Assembly (NCBI GenBank): GCA_963846945.1
Contig: CAWJXX010000014.1
Coordinates: 67,614-131,613 of the forward strand
Length of the DNA stretch: 64,000 nt
Source: an uncultured Gemmatimonadales bacterium
GTDB lineage: Bacteria; Gemmatimonadota; Gemmatimonadetes; Gemmatimonadales; GWC2-71-9
Reading direction: 5' to 3'
In this document: piece by piece, positions 19,267-29,752 of the stretch
Numbering within the stretch: position 1 is the first letter of the stretch
How the letters are laid out: every line of letters starts with the position of its first letter
Position numbers and translations under genes: made by a program
Notes under the pieces: generated by a model
Database searches by the model: none
Seen by the model: only the letters and a program-made list of their open reading frames with translations
What the model was told of the DNA's origin: nothing

Positions 19267-19767
19267 ATGCGCGTCCAGCAGCCGACCCCCACCCGCCTGA
19301 TCCTCACGGAGCGCCATGAGGGCAGCCTCATGCTCAGCTGGGCACTCCTGGCCGGCGCGCTCATCAGTGCGCGCATCAGCTACAGCTATGCATCCATCAG
19401 CGCCGGGATCGTGTCGGGACTGTGTGCCGTTGGCCTGGTCGTCGGCTGGCGCTGGGGCGCCTGGCGGACCGTACGCGTCGTGCGTGGCGGGAACATCCGG
19501 CTCCGGGATCACCGCGGTTTGCGCTGGGAGTATCCGGTCGCCGATATCGACGAGATCGAGGTCAGTGGCAGCCCGGATGAGCACGGGGGGCAGGACTACC
19601 GTGTCGTGCTGTTCGTCCGGGGAGCCGGATGGGTGCCGCTGAGTCCAGCCAACCTGCTCCGGCGGGAAGAGGCCGTTGCGATCAGCAACCGCATTCGTGC
19701 CGTGCTCGAGTGGCCTGAAGTGGGGACCGAGGTGCCGCGGGCCCAGGAGGCAGCAGCAGGCCGCTAG
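19267..19767 (+). CDS. hypothetical membrane-anchored protein
   Basis: Two hydrophobic helices (LSWALLAGALISA, IVSGLCAVGLVVGW) followed by a small soluble domain. No family recognised. The start is uncertain. Confidence 0.5.
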   Translation: MRVQQPTPTRLILTERHEGSLMLSWALLAGALISARISYSYASISAGIVSGLCAVGLVVGWRWGAWRTVRVVRGGNIRLRDHRGLRWEYPVADIDEIEVSGSPDEHGGQDYRVVLFVRGAGWVPLSPANLLRREEAVAISNRIRAVLEWPEVGTEVPRAQEAAAGR

Positions 19768-19801
19768 GCCGACACTCGCTGCCGCTGCACGCGAGCTGGC
19801 G

Positions 19802-21232
19802 CTAGAGCGTGCCGGGCGCCACACCGGGCGGGCATCGATGCTGTCGGGCAGCGGCACATCCAGCCAGTCGAGCAAGGCTGCGAACACGTCGGCCGTGCGC
19901 ATTGGCTCTCCTGGCACTGGATGATTGGACCAGAGCGGCGTGTGCATGTGCGGATTGATGAGGCTGCCGTGCCCCGACTTGTGTTCGGGAATCTCCCACC
20001 CGCCACGAAAATCGTAGCCCTCGCGCGCTGCGACGACGAGGTCGCCCGCCCGTGGCGCCGCAAACTGGTCGAGCAGGTGTACGGGTGCTTCGGGGTAGGC
20101 AGTGTCAAAGCTGTGGGCGAGCCACGCGTCGCGATCTCCGGTAAACGGCGCGCCCAGTTCCAGCGGGTCGCCGCTGAGCGGTGAATAGCGGATTGCCTCG
20201 CCCGAGCGCGTAATGACCGCTTCACCCGTCGCGGCCGCCAGCCGCACGCCACCGCTGCCATCTTCGCCTGCCACGAACGCCACTGCTGCCTCGCGCACCA
20301 GCGCCGCCACCACGTCATGAGTGGTGCCGAAGGTCGCCGGCTGCCTGAGCCGCTCGAGCGACCAGCGCTCGGCGCGGGGAATGCCGGGCCGCGCGTAGAC
20401 CGACGCGAATGAATTGCCCGCCACCATGACGGCCGCGCGAGGATTGCGCGCCCAGACCACGGGATGCGCCATGGTCGGGACGCCCTGCCCGCGGAACCAG
20501 TTGGCCAGGTCGAGGTGCGTGTGCACCGGCGTCGCGCCATGGTCACTGACCAGCACGATGAGCGTGTCGTCCAGTTCACCCCGCTGGTCGAGTCGCTTTA
20601 CCAGCTGGCCGATGACCTGGTCATACGACTGCAATGCACGAATGACCTGGACACCATCGGGACGGTCGGCATGGGTATAGCCGTCGACTCCCGGGAACTG
20701 GGCAAAGACAAATCGCCACGGCTGCTCGACGGCCTCCATGAGCCCGCGCTCCACGCGCCTGTCGAGACCCCCGTACCTCTCGGTGTAGTGGGCGAGGCTG
20801 CCAAGGTTGCGCCGGGCGCTCTGGGCGGGATCGCGCTCGGGCGTAAGCCCTCGCGTGATCATGGTGAAGAGCGCCATGCTGTCCGGCACCAGCTGGAAGA
20901 TGGTCTGGACCTGGGGAGCGATATCGTGATCGAGCATGCCGGCCTGGTAGCCGCAATAGCTCCGGACGGCGGCGCGATCCGTCCACCAGCGACCGGTGTA
21001 CGCCACGCGGTCGAGCCACCGAATGGACGGCACGTTGCACCGACCCGGGGAAGCATCCGGTCAGGAAGGGCAGGTAGGCGACGCTGGTGATCGACGGAAA
21101 CACGGTGATTGCGCGCGTACGCGCGCCCGTTTCCGTCAGGGCCGCCAGGTTGGGCAGGCGGCCCGCCGCCATCTCGGCCTCGGCGACGTCAGCCCGCAGG
21201 CCGTCCACGAGAATAAGGAAGGCGCGCCTCAT
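19802..21232 (-). CDS. alkaline-phosphatase-superfamily nucleotide pyrophosphatase/phosphodiesterase (frameshifted as assembled)
   Basis: MRRAFLILVDGLRAD...FPSITSVAYLPFLTG lies in frame 20621..21232. It joins at the ccccggg run near 21047 to ...VPSIRWLDRV...LIVLVSDHGA... The 3' end is inferred at TAG 19802 (another frame change) because of the convergent gene ending at 19767. Confidence 0.75.
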
Positions 21233-21925
21233 GTGGCATGCACCGGCGCCGGCTCCGGCACCACCGGCACCACCACTGGCTCACGATTCATTTTCCGCAT
21301 CTTCAGGATCATGACGGCGAGGAAGACAAGGCCAAGCCCGAAGAGGATGGCCGGCGGAATCTTGATCGCGACACCGAGCAAGGCGAGGAGGTAATAGCGG
21401 AGCCCGCGGCCCAGGACCACGGAGCCCTGATACTTCCACATCGGGTAGTTGTCGAGCGATGCCAGGAACCGCATAGGGTAGTGCGGAATGATCGGCAGGA
21501 TGCAGGTGCTGACCAGGGTCCAGAATGGCGCCTTCCGGTACATGCGCAACGCCCAGCCGGTGAGACGATGTCCGCGGAACCCGCGAGTGCCCTCGCGCGA
21601 CAGCAGCCGCGCGAGGAGTTCCATGTTCCAGTATTCGATGATGACCGTCCCGATCACGCCCACGACCACGACGAGCCAGATCGGATAGATGGGTCCGAGA
21701 TAGACCACTGCTGGATCGTATGGCAGCGGAGCCAGCGAATTGCCGGCGAAGGAATAGGGCAGGAACATCCACAATCGCGCCCATTCCGGCTGTAGCGCGC
21801 GCACCGAGGAATGCAAGCCCGGTCAAGACCAGCATGACGCCGGGCCAAAGCCACACCGGCACGGCGGGCGGCAGCGCCCGCGGCGGCTCGGGAACCAATT
21901 CGATTATGTCTTTTTCGTCCTTCAC
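21229..21925 (-). CDS. integral membrane protein (one frameshift as assembled)
   Basis: MKDEKDIIELVPEPP..WLWPGVMLVLTGLAFLG (frame 21281..21925) joins near 21790 to frame 21229..21816 with 4-5 helices. Its stop overlaps the next ATG (ATGA). Confidence 0.6.
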
Positions 21926-22004
21926 GCGCGCTCCAATCGGTGGGGCCGGAGCCCCTGGTTTGCGCGAACGCTAGGCGGGGCGGCCCCTGGTCGCAACCGC
22001 GGAA

Positions 22005-22798
22005 CTATGCGGCACGTGCCTTATTTAGCTGACTGATCAACTCCAATACAGCGCGCCGGGGGGCAATCCGCAGTAATTGGATAAGGAGCTTGTTGACAAG
22101 CCCCGGAATGACGAGTCCGCCGCCGTCCAGCCGAGAGACGGCAGTGTCAGCCACGCTCCCCGCATCCATCATGTTGGCCGATCGGAACAGGAGGGCCGAT
22201 TCCACTCCTGCACGTCCCTGGAACCCCGTCGCGGTCGGGCCAGGGCAGAGGGTCATGACCGATACGCCGGTTCCGGCCAGTTCCTGTCGCAGTGCCTCGG
22301 AGAACGACAGGACGAACGCCTTGGTCGCATAGTACGTCGCCATCCATGGACCGGGCTGGAACCCCGCGGTCGAGGCCATGTTGAGCACGTGTCCGTGCTT
22401 TCGCGCGAGCATGCCCGGCAGGAGTCGCCGCGTGAGCAATACCAGCTGCATTGATGTTGACCTCCACCATGGCGTGCAGTTCCGCCTCGTCCTGCTCGGC
22501 GAATGCGCCCGCCCCGCCAAAGCCTGCATTGTTGATGAGGGTCTCGATCTCGAGGTTGCGCGCCGCGACCTGGACGATCAGGCTCGCCGCTCCCGAGGCC
22601 GTGGCAAGATCAGCTGGAAGGACGACGACATCAGGGGATCCAGCCTCGCGCAACCGAAGTGCGGCCTCCTCCAGCTTGTCGATCGAGCGGGCCACGATCA
22701 CGAGTGGCACGGCCGCGCCGCGCCAGTCGCAGCGCAATCTCGAGTCCGATGCCGCCCGATGCTCCCGTCACAAGCGCGTACCCTGGTGACCTGGTCAT
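22005..22798 (-). CDS. SDR-family oxidoreductase (two frameshifts as assembled)
   Basis: ATG 22798 gives MTRSPGYALVTGASGGIGLEIALRLA. NNAG is in the middle frame. YYATKAFV catalytic motif is in frame 22005..22529. Joins are near 22715 and 22440. Confidence 0.85.
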
Positions 22799-22866
22799 GC
22801 TGCCTCCCGAAGGAACCGAATCGCGGTCGTCGACGTTCTCAGTGTGACCCGCGACTGGAGTCGTCG

Positions 22867-23415
22867 ATGTCCCGTTACTTGCTGGTGCTGCTTGCGCTGG
22901 GCGTTCCTGTCATGGCCATGTCCCGCTCCGTCGGTGCGCCCGCGATCCCCGCCGCAGGCCACCCCGCGCCTGCCTGGAAGAACACCAGTTGGCTCAATGC
23001 GGACCAGCCGCTCACCCTTGCAGGGCTTCGCGGCAAGGTGGTGCTGCTCAACTTCTGGACGTTCACCTGCTACAACTGCACCAATACGGTGCCGTCGCTC
23101 GTGGATTTCGACCGTCGTTTCCGGGAGAGCGGGCTCGTCATCATCGGCATGCACGATCCCGAATTTGGGCCGAGCGGTGGCGAGCACGACCGGTCGAATG
23201 TACAGAGCGCGCTCCTCGATCACGGAATCAGGTATGCCAACGCGCAGGACAACGATCACGCGACGTGGAATCTCTATGGGATCCAGGCGTGGCCGAGCTT
23301 CGTGCTGATAGACAAGAAGGGCAACATCCGTTACGAAGGAGCTGGTGAATTCCACCTGGGCGACCAGTGGTACAAGGAGTGGGACGGTCGCATTCGTGAA
23401 CTGCTCGCCGAGTGA
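22867..23415 (+). CDS. exported thioredoxin-fold redoxin (TlpA-like)
   Basis: Signal peptide MSRYLLVLLALGVPVMAMS. VVLLNFWTFTCYNCTN active-site CxxC. WPSFVLIDKKG. Confidence 0.85.
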   Translation: MSRYLLVLLALGVPVMAMSRSVGAPAIPAAGHPAPAWKNTSWLNADQPLTLAGLRGKVVLLNFWTFTCYNCTNTVPSLVDFDRRFRESGLVIIGMHDPEFGPSGGEHDRSNVQSALLDHGIRYANAQDNDHATWNLYGIQAWPSFVLIDKKGNIRYEGAGEFHLGDQWYKEWDGRIRELLAE

Positions 23416-23775
23416 GGCTTATCGCGCTGATGCTCGCCCTCGCGCTGGCGGGATGCGGCGCCCGGAAGCCGCCGCACGGCGCTTCCGCTCTCGGTCAATA
23501 TCACTCACGAGCGGGACGACGTCGTGCTCACACTGCACCCGCGGGCCGGACTCAGGATCAATGCATTGCTGCCGCCTCAGCTGGAACTGGCGAACGGCAG
23601 CATCACACGCTTTGGCGCACGCGCTCGGTCGGCTACGGGTGCGGACTCCGCCTACTTCACGGAACCGCCGGCGGCGATCGTGCCCTCCGGGGCCAGCCTC
23701 GTCGGCGCGCAGGTGCGGGCCAGCGTATGTGACAGCGGCGCGGCGGTTTGCAGGGTCCTGACCATTCGGCTATAG
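23412..23775 (+). CDS. lipoprotein, possibly DsbD-alpha-like (one frameshift as assembled)
   Basis: GTG overlaps the redoxin stop (GTGA). Lipobox LALAGC. Joins near 23470 to frame 23524..23775. C-terminal ...VRASVCDSGAAVCRVLTIRL carries a Cys pair. Confidence 0.5.
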
Positions 23776-23895
23776 CCCAGCGATCCCTCGCAGCGCCTCC
23801 CATCGCAATAGTTCCCAAATACATCCCTCCTCGTTCCTCACCCCGCCCTAACGTCGCCGGCCATAGCGTTCCTCCGTCAATCAACGGAGGTCTCG

Positions 23896-23976
23896 GTGGA
23901 CCTGGTCATGATGGGAGTCCTGGCACTGCTGGTGGTTACGACAGTCGGGCTCATTCGCCTGTGCGCCAGGCTCTAG
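23896..23976 (+). CDS. candidate 26-aa hydrophobic micro-protein upstream of kdpF
   Basis: GGAGG lies 5 nt before GTG 23896. Peptide is VDLVMMGVLALLVVTTVGLIRLCARL*. Support is only ORF, SD and hydrophobicity. Confidence 0.3.
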   Translation: MDLVMMGVLALLVVTTVGLIRLCARL

Positions 23977-23986
23977 GGAGGATCGG

Positions 23987-24079
23987 ATGAACGGACTCTA
24001 CGTGGTGGGGGCGATCGTGGCCGCCGGGCTCCTGGGCTATCTGCTCTTCGCCCTGCTCAGGCCGGAGTCGTTGTCATGA
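23987..24079 (+). CDS. kdpF: K+-transporting ATPase subunit F
   Basis: GGGAGG SD. MNGLYVVGAIVAAGLLGYLLFALLRPESLS with the KdpF-type YL..ALLRPE end. Its stop overlaps the kdpA ATG (ATGA). Confidence 0.8.
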   Translation: MNGLYVVGAIVAAGLLGYLLFALLRPESLS

Positions 24080-25826
24080 CCGCCAACGACTGGATCCAGC
24101 TCACGCTCTACTTCGTCGTGCTGCTGGCCCTGGCGATACCGCTCGGTCGGTACATGGCGCAGGTCATGTCGGGAGACGCGCAACTGGGCGTCCAAAATCG
24201 GGCGCCCGATCGAGCGCGGGCTCTACCGGCTGGCCGGCGTGCGCTAGATGACGAGATGACGTGGCCCCGCTACGCCGCCGCACATCTGCTGTTCAATGCC
24301 GCCGGGCTGCTGCTCGTGTACGCGCTCCAGCGTCTGCAGGCCTTCCTGCCGGCGCAATCCGGCCGCGTTGGCGCGGTACTCTGGCACTCGCCTTCAACAC
24401 CGCGGTGAGTTTCGCCACCAACACCAACTGGCAGGGTTACGGGGGCGAGAGCACGCTCGGCTACCTGACACAGGTGGTCGGGCTGGCGGTCCAGAACTTC
24501 GTCTCGGCCGCCGCCGGCATCGCCATGCTGGTGGCACTGATCCGCGGCCTGGCCGGGCAGGGCCAGGACCATCGGCAATTTCTGGGTGGACCTGACGCGC
24601 TCCACGCTCTACATCCTGCTGCCGTTGTCATCGGTGTTGGCGCTGGTGCTGGTCTCGCAGGGCGTTGTGCAGACCTTCCACCCCGCGCAGCCGGTGGCCA
24701 CTGGTGCGAGCCGCTCCGCATTCGGACACGACCGTGCTGACGCAGCAGGACATCGCGGTGGGGCCGGCGGCGTCAGCAGATCGCCATCAAGCAACTCGGC
24801 ACCAATGGCGGCGGCTTCTTCAACGCCAATTCCGCGCATCCGTTCGAGAACCCCACGCCGATCTCGAATTTCTTCGAGATGCTCGCGATTCTGCTCATCT
24901 CCGGCGGTCTGTGCTTAATGTTCGGTCGAAATGGTGCGCGACCAGCGCCAGGGATGGGTGATCCTCGCGGCCATGACCGTCATCCTCGCCCCGCTCACGG
25001 TCGCCGCGACTGTTGTTCGAGCAGGGCGGCACTCCGGTGCTCGCCGCCTCGGGCGCCGACCAGACGCCATCGGCGCTTCAGCCCGGCGGAAACATGGAGG
25101 GCAAGGAGACGCGCTTCGGCATCGTGAACTCGGCCATCTGGGCCTCGGCCACGACCGCCGCGTCGAACGGCTCGGTCAATTCCATGCACGACAGCTTCAC
25201 GCCGCTGGGTGGCCTGGTGCCCGATGTGGCTGATCCAGTTCGGCGAAGTCGTGTTCGGCGGGGTCGGCTCGGGGCTCTATGGCATGCTGGTGTTCGCGCT
25301 GATCGCGGTGTTCATCGCCGGCCTGATGGTGGGTCGCACGCCGGAATATCTCGGCAAGAAGATCGAGGCGTACGAGGTGAAGATGGCCTCGCTGGTCATC
25401 CTCATTCCCGCCATGATGATCCTGTTCGGTACCGCGCTCGCGGTGAGTACCGATGCGGGTCGCGCAGGCGTGTTCAACCCCGGAGCACACGGGTTCAGTG
25501 AAATCCTCTATGCCGTCACGTCGGCGGTCGGCAACAACGGCAGCGCCTTCGGCGGCATCGGCGCCAACATCGACCTTCTACAACCTGCTGCTCGGCGTCT
25601 GCATGTGGGTTGGTCGGTTCTGGCTGGCCGATTCCGGTGCTGGCCATCGCCGGCGCACTTGCCAGGAAGAAGCTGGTCCCGGCCGGGCGCCGGCACGCTG
25701 CCGACGCATACGCCGCTCTTTGCCGGCCTGCTGGTCGGCACCGTCCTGCTCGTCGGCGCGCTCACCTTCGTCCCGGCGCTGGCGCTCGGGCCGATCGTCG
25801 AGCACTTCCAGCTCTTTGCCAGGTAA
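24076..25826 (+). pseudogene. kdpA: K+-transporting ATPase subunit A, about 13 frame breaks as assembled
   Basis: The full-length KdpA sequence is recoverable only by hopping frames. Conserved segments: MTANDWIQLTLYF.., [178 protein letters not shown]. Confidence 0.9.
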
Positions 25827-25831
25827 TCACC

Positions 25832-27905
25832 ATGACTACGCATGCTCCCCGCTCCCTGTTCGATGGCGAGATCGTCGTCACGGCGATCGGGGATTCGTTC
25901 CGCAAGCTCACGCCCCGCCACTCGTGGCGGAATCCGGTCATGTTCGTGGTGGCGGTGGGAAGCCTCTTCACGACGCTGCTCTTCCTTGCGGCGCTGGTGC
26001 GCCGCGGCGGTGAGAACCCCTGGTTCATCTTCGCCATCTCGATCTGGCTCTGGTTCACCGTGCTGTTCGCCAATTTCGCCGAGGCCATGGCGGAGGGGCG
26101 GGGCCGTGCCCAGGCGGCAGAACTGCGCAAGACCCGCCAGGCCGTGCTGGCGCGGCGCCTCAAGGATCCGAACGACCTCAAGGAGATCGAGGCGGTGCCG
26201 GGGAGCACGCTTCAAGAAGGGCGACCTCGTCATCGTGGCGGCGGGCGAGGTGATTCCCGGCGACGGCGAGATCACCCAGGGTGTCGCGAGCGTCGATGAG
26301 AGCGCCATTACCGGCGAGAGCGCCCCGGTGATCCGGGAGGCCGGTGGCGACCGGAGCGCCGTGACCGGTGGCACGCGCGTGCTGTCGGATACCCTGATCA
26401 TCCGGATCACGACCAACCCGGGCGAGACGTTCCTCGACCGGATGATCAACCTGATCGAGGCGGCCAAGCGGCAGAAGACGCCGAACGAGATCGCCCTCGA
26501 CATCCTGCTGGCGGCACTCACGATCATCTTCCTGATCGTGACCATCACGCTGCTGCCCTTCTCCATCTTCAGCGTGCACGTCGCAGGGCAGGGCACGCCG
26601 ATCACGCTCACGGTGCTGGTGGCGCTGCTCGTGAGCCTCATACCCACGACCATCGGCGCACTGCTCTCCGCCATCGGGATTGCGGGCATGGATCGGATGA
26701 TCCAGAAGAACGTCATCGCCATGTCGGGCCGTGCGGTCGAGGCGGCGGGCGACGTGGATGTGCTGCTGCTCGACAAGACCGGCACCATCACGCTCGGCAA
26801 TCGCCAGGCGACCTCGTTCATTCCCGGCGCCCGGCATTACGCCGGAGCGACTGGCCGACGCCGCCCAGCTCGCGTCGCTCTCCGACGAGACGCCGGAGGG
26901 CCGCAGCATCGTCGTGCTGGCCAAGGACCGCTTCGGCCTGCGTGAGCGCGACTTGGCCGGCAATGGTGCCCGCTTCGTGCCCTTCACTGCACAGACCCGG
27001 ATGAGCGGCGTGGACTTCGATGGTCGCCGCATCCGCAAGGGTGCGGTGGACGCGATCGAGGCGCTACGTGCGCGCTGCCGGGAGGCAGCATGCCGGCCGC
27101 CCTGCAGTCAGCGGTGACCGACATCGCCAAGGGCGGCGGTACCCCGCTGGCGGTGGCCGATGGCAACGAGGTCCTCGGGGTGATCCATCTCAAGGACGTG
27201 GTAAAGGGTGGGATCAAGGAGCGATTCGGCGAGCTTCGCCGCATGGGCATCAAGACCGTGATGATCACCGGCGACAACCCGCTGACGGCCGCGGCAATCG
27301 CGGCCGAGGCTGGCGTGGACGACTTCCTGGCCCAGGCCACGCCGGAGAACAAGCTCAAGCTCATCCGCGAGTACCAGTCCGGTGGCCGCCTGGTCGCCAT
27401 GTGTGGCGACGGCACCAACGATGCGCCCGCACTGGCGCAGGCCGACGTGGCCGTGGCCATGAACTCGGGGACCCAGGCGGCGAAGGAAGCCGGCAACATG
27501 GTGGATCTCGATTCCAACCCCACGAAGCTGATCGAGGTGGTCGAGACCGGGAAGCAGATGCTCATGACGCGCGGCTCGCTCACCACCTTCAGCATCGCGA
27601 ACGATGTGTCGAAGTACTTCGCCATCATTCCCGCGGCATTCGCGTCCACCTATCCGGCGCTCGCCGCACTCAACATCATGCGCCTCTCCACGCCGTCGAG
27701 TGCGATCCTCTCGGCGATCATCTTCAACGCGCTCATCATCCCGGCGCTCATTCCACTGGCGCTCAAGGGCGTGAAATACCGGCCGCTCGGAGCCGGCGCG
27801 GTGCTCCGTCGCAACCTGCTCGTCTATGGCCTGGGCGGCATCGTCCTCCCGTTTCCGGGCATCAAGCTCATCGACATGCTGCTGACCGCCATCGGCGCGA
27901 CCTGA
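25832..27905 (+). CDS. kdpB: K+-transporting P-type ATPase subunit B (about 4 frameshifts as assembled)
   Basis: [31 protein letters not shown] (phosphorylation site DKTGT), [45 protein letters not shown]. Joins are near 26205, 26825, 27062 and 27085. Confidence 0.93.
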
Positions 27906-27917
27906 GGAATCATTTCC

Positions 27918-28500
27918 ATGCGTGCAGAGATTCGTCCCGCCCTGGTCCTGCTCGGGGCCTTCACCCTCCTCACGGGCGCCGCTGTATCCGGCGGTGGTCA
28001 CCGTCGCCGCGCGCGCTCTCTTCCCGCGGCAGGCCGAGGGCAGCCTCATTCGCGATGGTGAGACCATCCGCGGCTCCGCCCTGATCGGCCAGCCGTTCGA
28101 TGGTGCCGGCTACTTCTGGAGCCGGCTCTCCGCCACGACACCGGCCTACAACGCGAGCGCGTCGTCAGGGTCCAACCTCGGGCCCACCAATCCCGCGCTT
28201 GCTGAGGCGGTGAAGGATCGGGTGAAGGCGTTGCGCGCCGCGGATCCGTCGAACACCGCGCCGGTGCCGGTCGACCTGGTGACGGCCTCGGGAAGCGGAC
28301 TCGATCCGCACATCACCCCGGCCGCGGCGGCATACCAGGTCGCGCGGGTCGCTCGCGCGCGCAACCTGCCCGAGGCGCAGGTGCAGCAACTCGTTGCAGC
28401 CAATACCGAGGGTCGCACCTTCGGGATCCTGGGAGAGCCGCGGGTGAACGTGTTGCAGCTGAACCTGGCGCTCGATCGCATGACATCCCCGAAGCCATGA
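27918..28500 (+). CDS. kdpC: K+-transporting ATPase subunit C (one frameshift as assembled)
   Basis: ATG 27918 gives [20 protein letters not shown], joining near 27980 to the frame of 27922..28500. [34 protein letters not shown]. Confidence 0.88.
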
Positions 28501-29709
28501 ATGCCTTCCGATGCCTGCTGATGGTCGCCATCATCACGGGGAACGCTGCTGCGGTTGCGCCCGCTCGGGCGCAGGACGTCGCCGCTCCCGATACCACCAA
28601 GGCCGACAGCACCAGGATCAGGCCGGTGGCGACCCCGGAGGACACGCTCGGCCATAAGCTGGGCGACCTGCCGATCTACCTGACCGGCTTCGTCACCTCC
28701 ACCTACACCTACTCCTTCGCTTCGACCGATGGGACGCTGGTCGGCCGGTTCTACGATCGGTACCAGGACCAGTTCATGATCAATGCCCTGCGCCTGGGCA
28801 TCACCAAGCCGGCCGAAACCGACAAGCTGGATGCCGGCTTCCGGTTCGAGTTGCTCTTCGGCCAGGACGCCGCCGTCACGCAGTCCGCCGGCTTGTCGCT
28901 CGGCCCGAACGCCGACCTGACCGAGGCCTACGTGACCCTGAACGTACCGCTGGCCAAGGGCAAGCCGGATCACTGGATGCAGTTCAAGCTGGGCAAGATG
29001 TGGACGATCATGGGTTACGAGGTGATCGATGACGTGCTGAACCCGAACCTCGACGTGGGCAACCAGTTCATCTACCTGGAAAACTTCACCAACACCGGAC
29101 TGGGCGTGGATTTCCAGTTCGGCCCGAAGCTCGACGTCGAGCTGCGCTTCTTCAACGGCTGGGATGTGGTGCAGGAGACCAACGACAACAAGTCGTTCAT
29201 GGCGCGCCTGGGCTGGACGCCCAGCAGCAAGGTGAACATCGGCGTCCTCGGCTACACCGGGGCGGAGCAGCCGAACACCAGCAGCAACCTGCGCAGTGGA
29301 TTCGAGGTGCTCGGCACCTTCAAGCTGGGCGCCAAGACCACCGTGGTGGGGCAGGCCGACTACGGGGAGGAGAAGGGGCTGCTCGCCAACCCGGACCAGG
29401 CGGCCACGTGGTGGGGGCTCGGGCTCTGGTTCGTCCAGGACCTGTCCTCCACGCTCAACCTGGCGCTGCGCGGGGACTACGTGGATGACAAGGACGGTGT
29501 CCGGACCTCGGGCGTGCTCGGCTACGCGCCGACCGATGGGCGCCAGATCGGGAGCATCACCGCGACGCTCAACATTCATGTGTGGAAGAAGGCCGTCGGT
29601 CCGTCCCGAGGCCCGGCTCGATTTCTCGAGCCTCGATGACTACGGCGAGGTGGACAACCCCACGTCCACCCAGCCCTCCCTCGGCATCGGGGTGTCCTAC
29701 CAGTTCTGA
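28497..29709 (+). CDS. outer-membrane porin (OmpL/Porin_10-like) embedded in the kdp operon (one frameshift as assembled)
   Basis: The ATG overlaps the kdpC stop (ATGA). Signal peptide ...AAVAPARAQ. Strand-pattern body. Joins near 29590 to the frame ending ...[10 protein letters not shown]. Confidence 0.75.
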
Positions 29710-29752
29710 TGCCGCAGTGACCGGCTGCTGCACGGGAGTTATTCTCCAGTGA

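Noticed and set aside
18043-21033. 996-aa ORF on the minus strand, the longest in the track
   Set aside because: It is a composite read-through typical of GC-rich DNA. It runs through the tRNA-Arg gene, runs antisense to the CHAD gene and the 19267..19767 gene, and only from about 19800 onward coincides with the real NPP-type phosphodiesterase frame.
23776-23895. Possible c-di-AMP (ydaO-type) or other riboswitch in the kdp leader
   Set aside because: Only a short hairpin (cctccgt-caatca-acggagg) is visible, and its 3' arm (acggagg) supplies the GGAGG of the micro-ORF SD. I could not find the paired ACGGGG/CCCGAA-type pseudo-symmetric elements. An Infernal scan would be needed to be sure.
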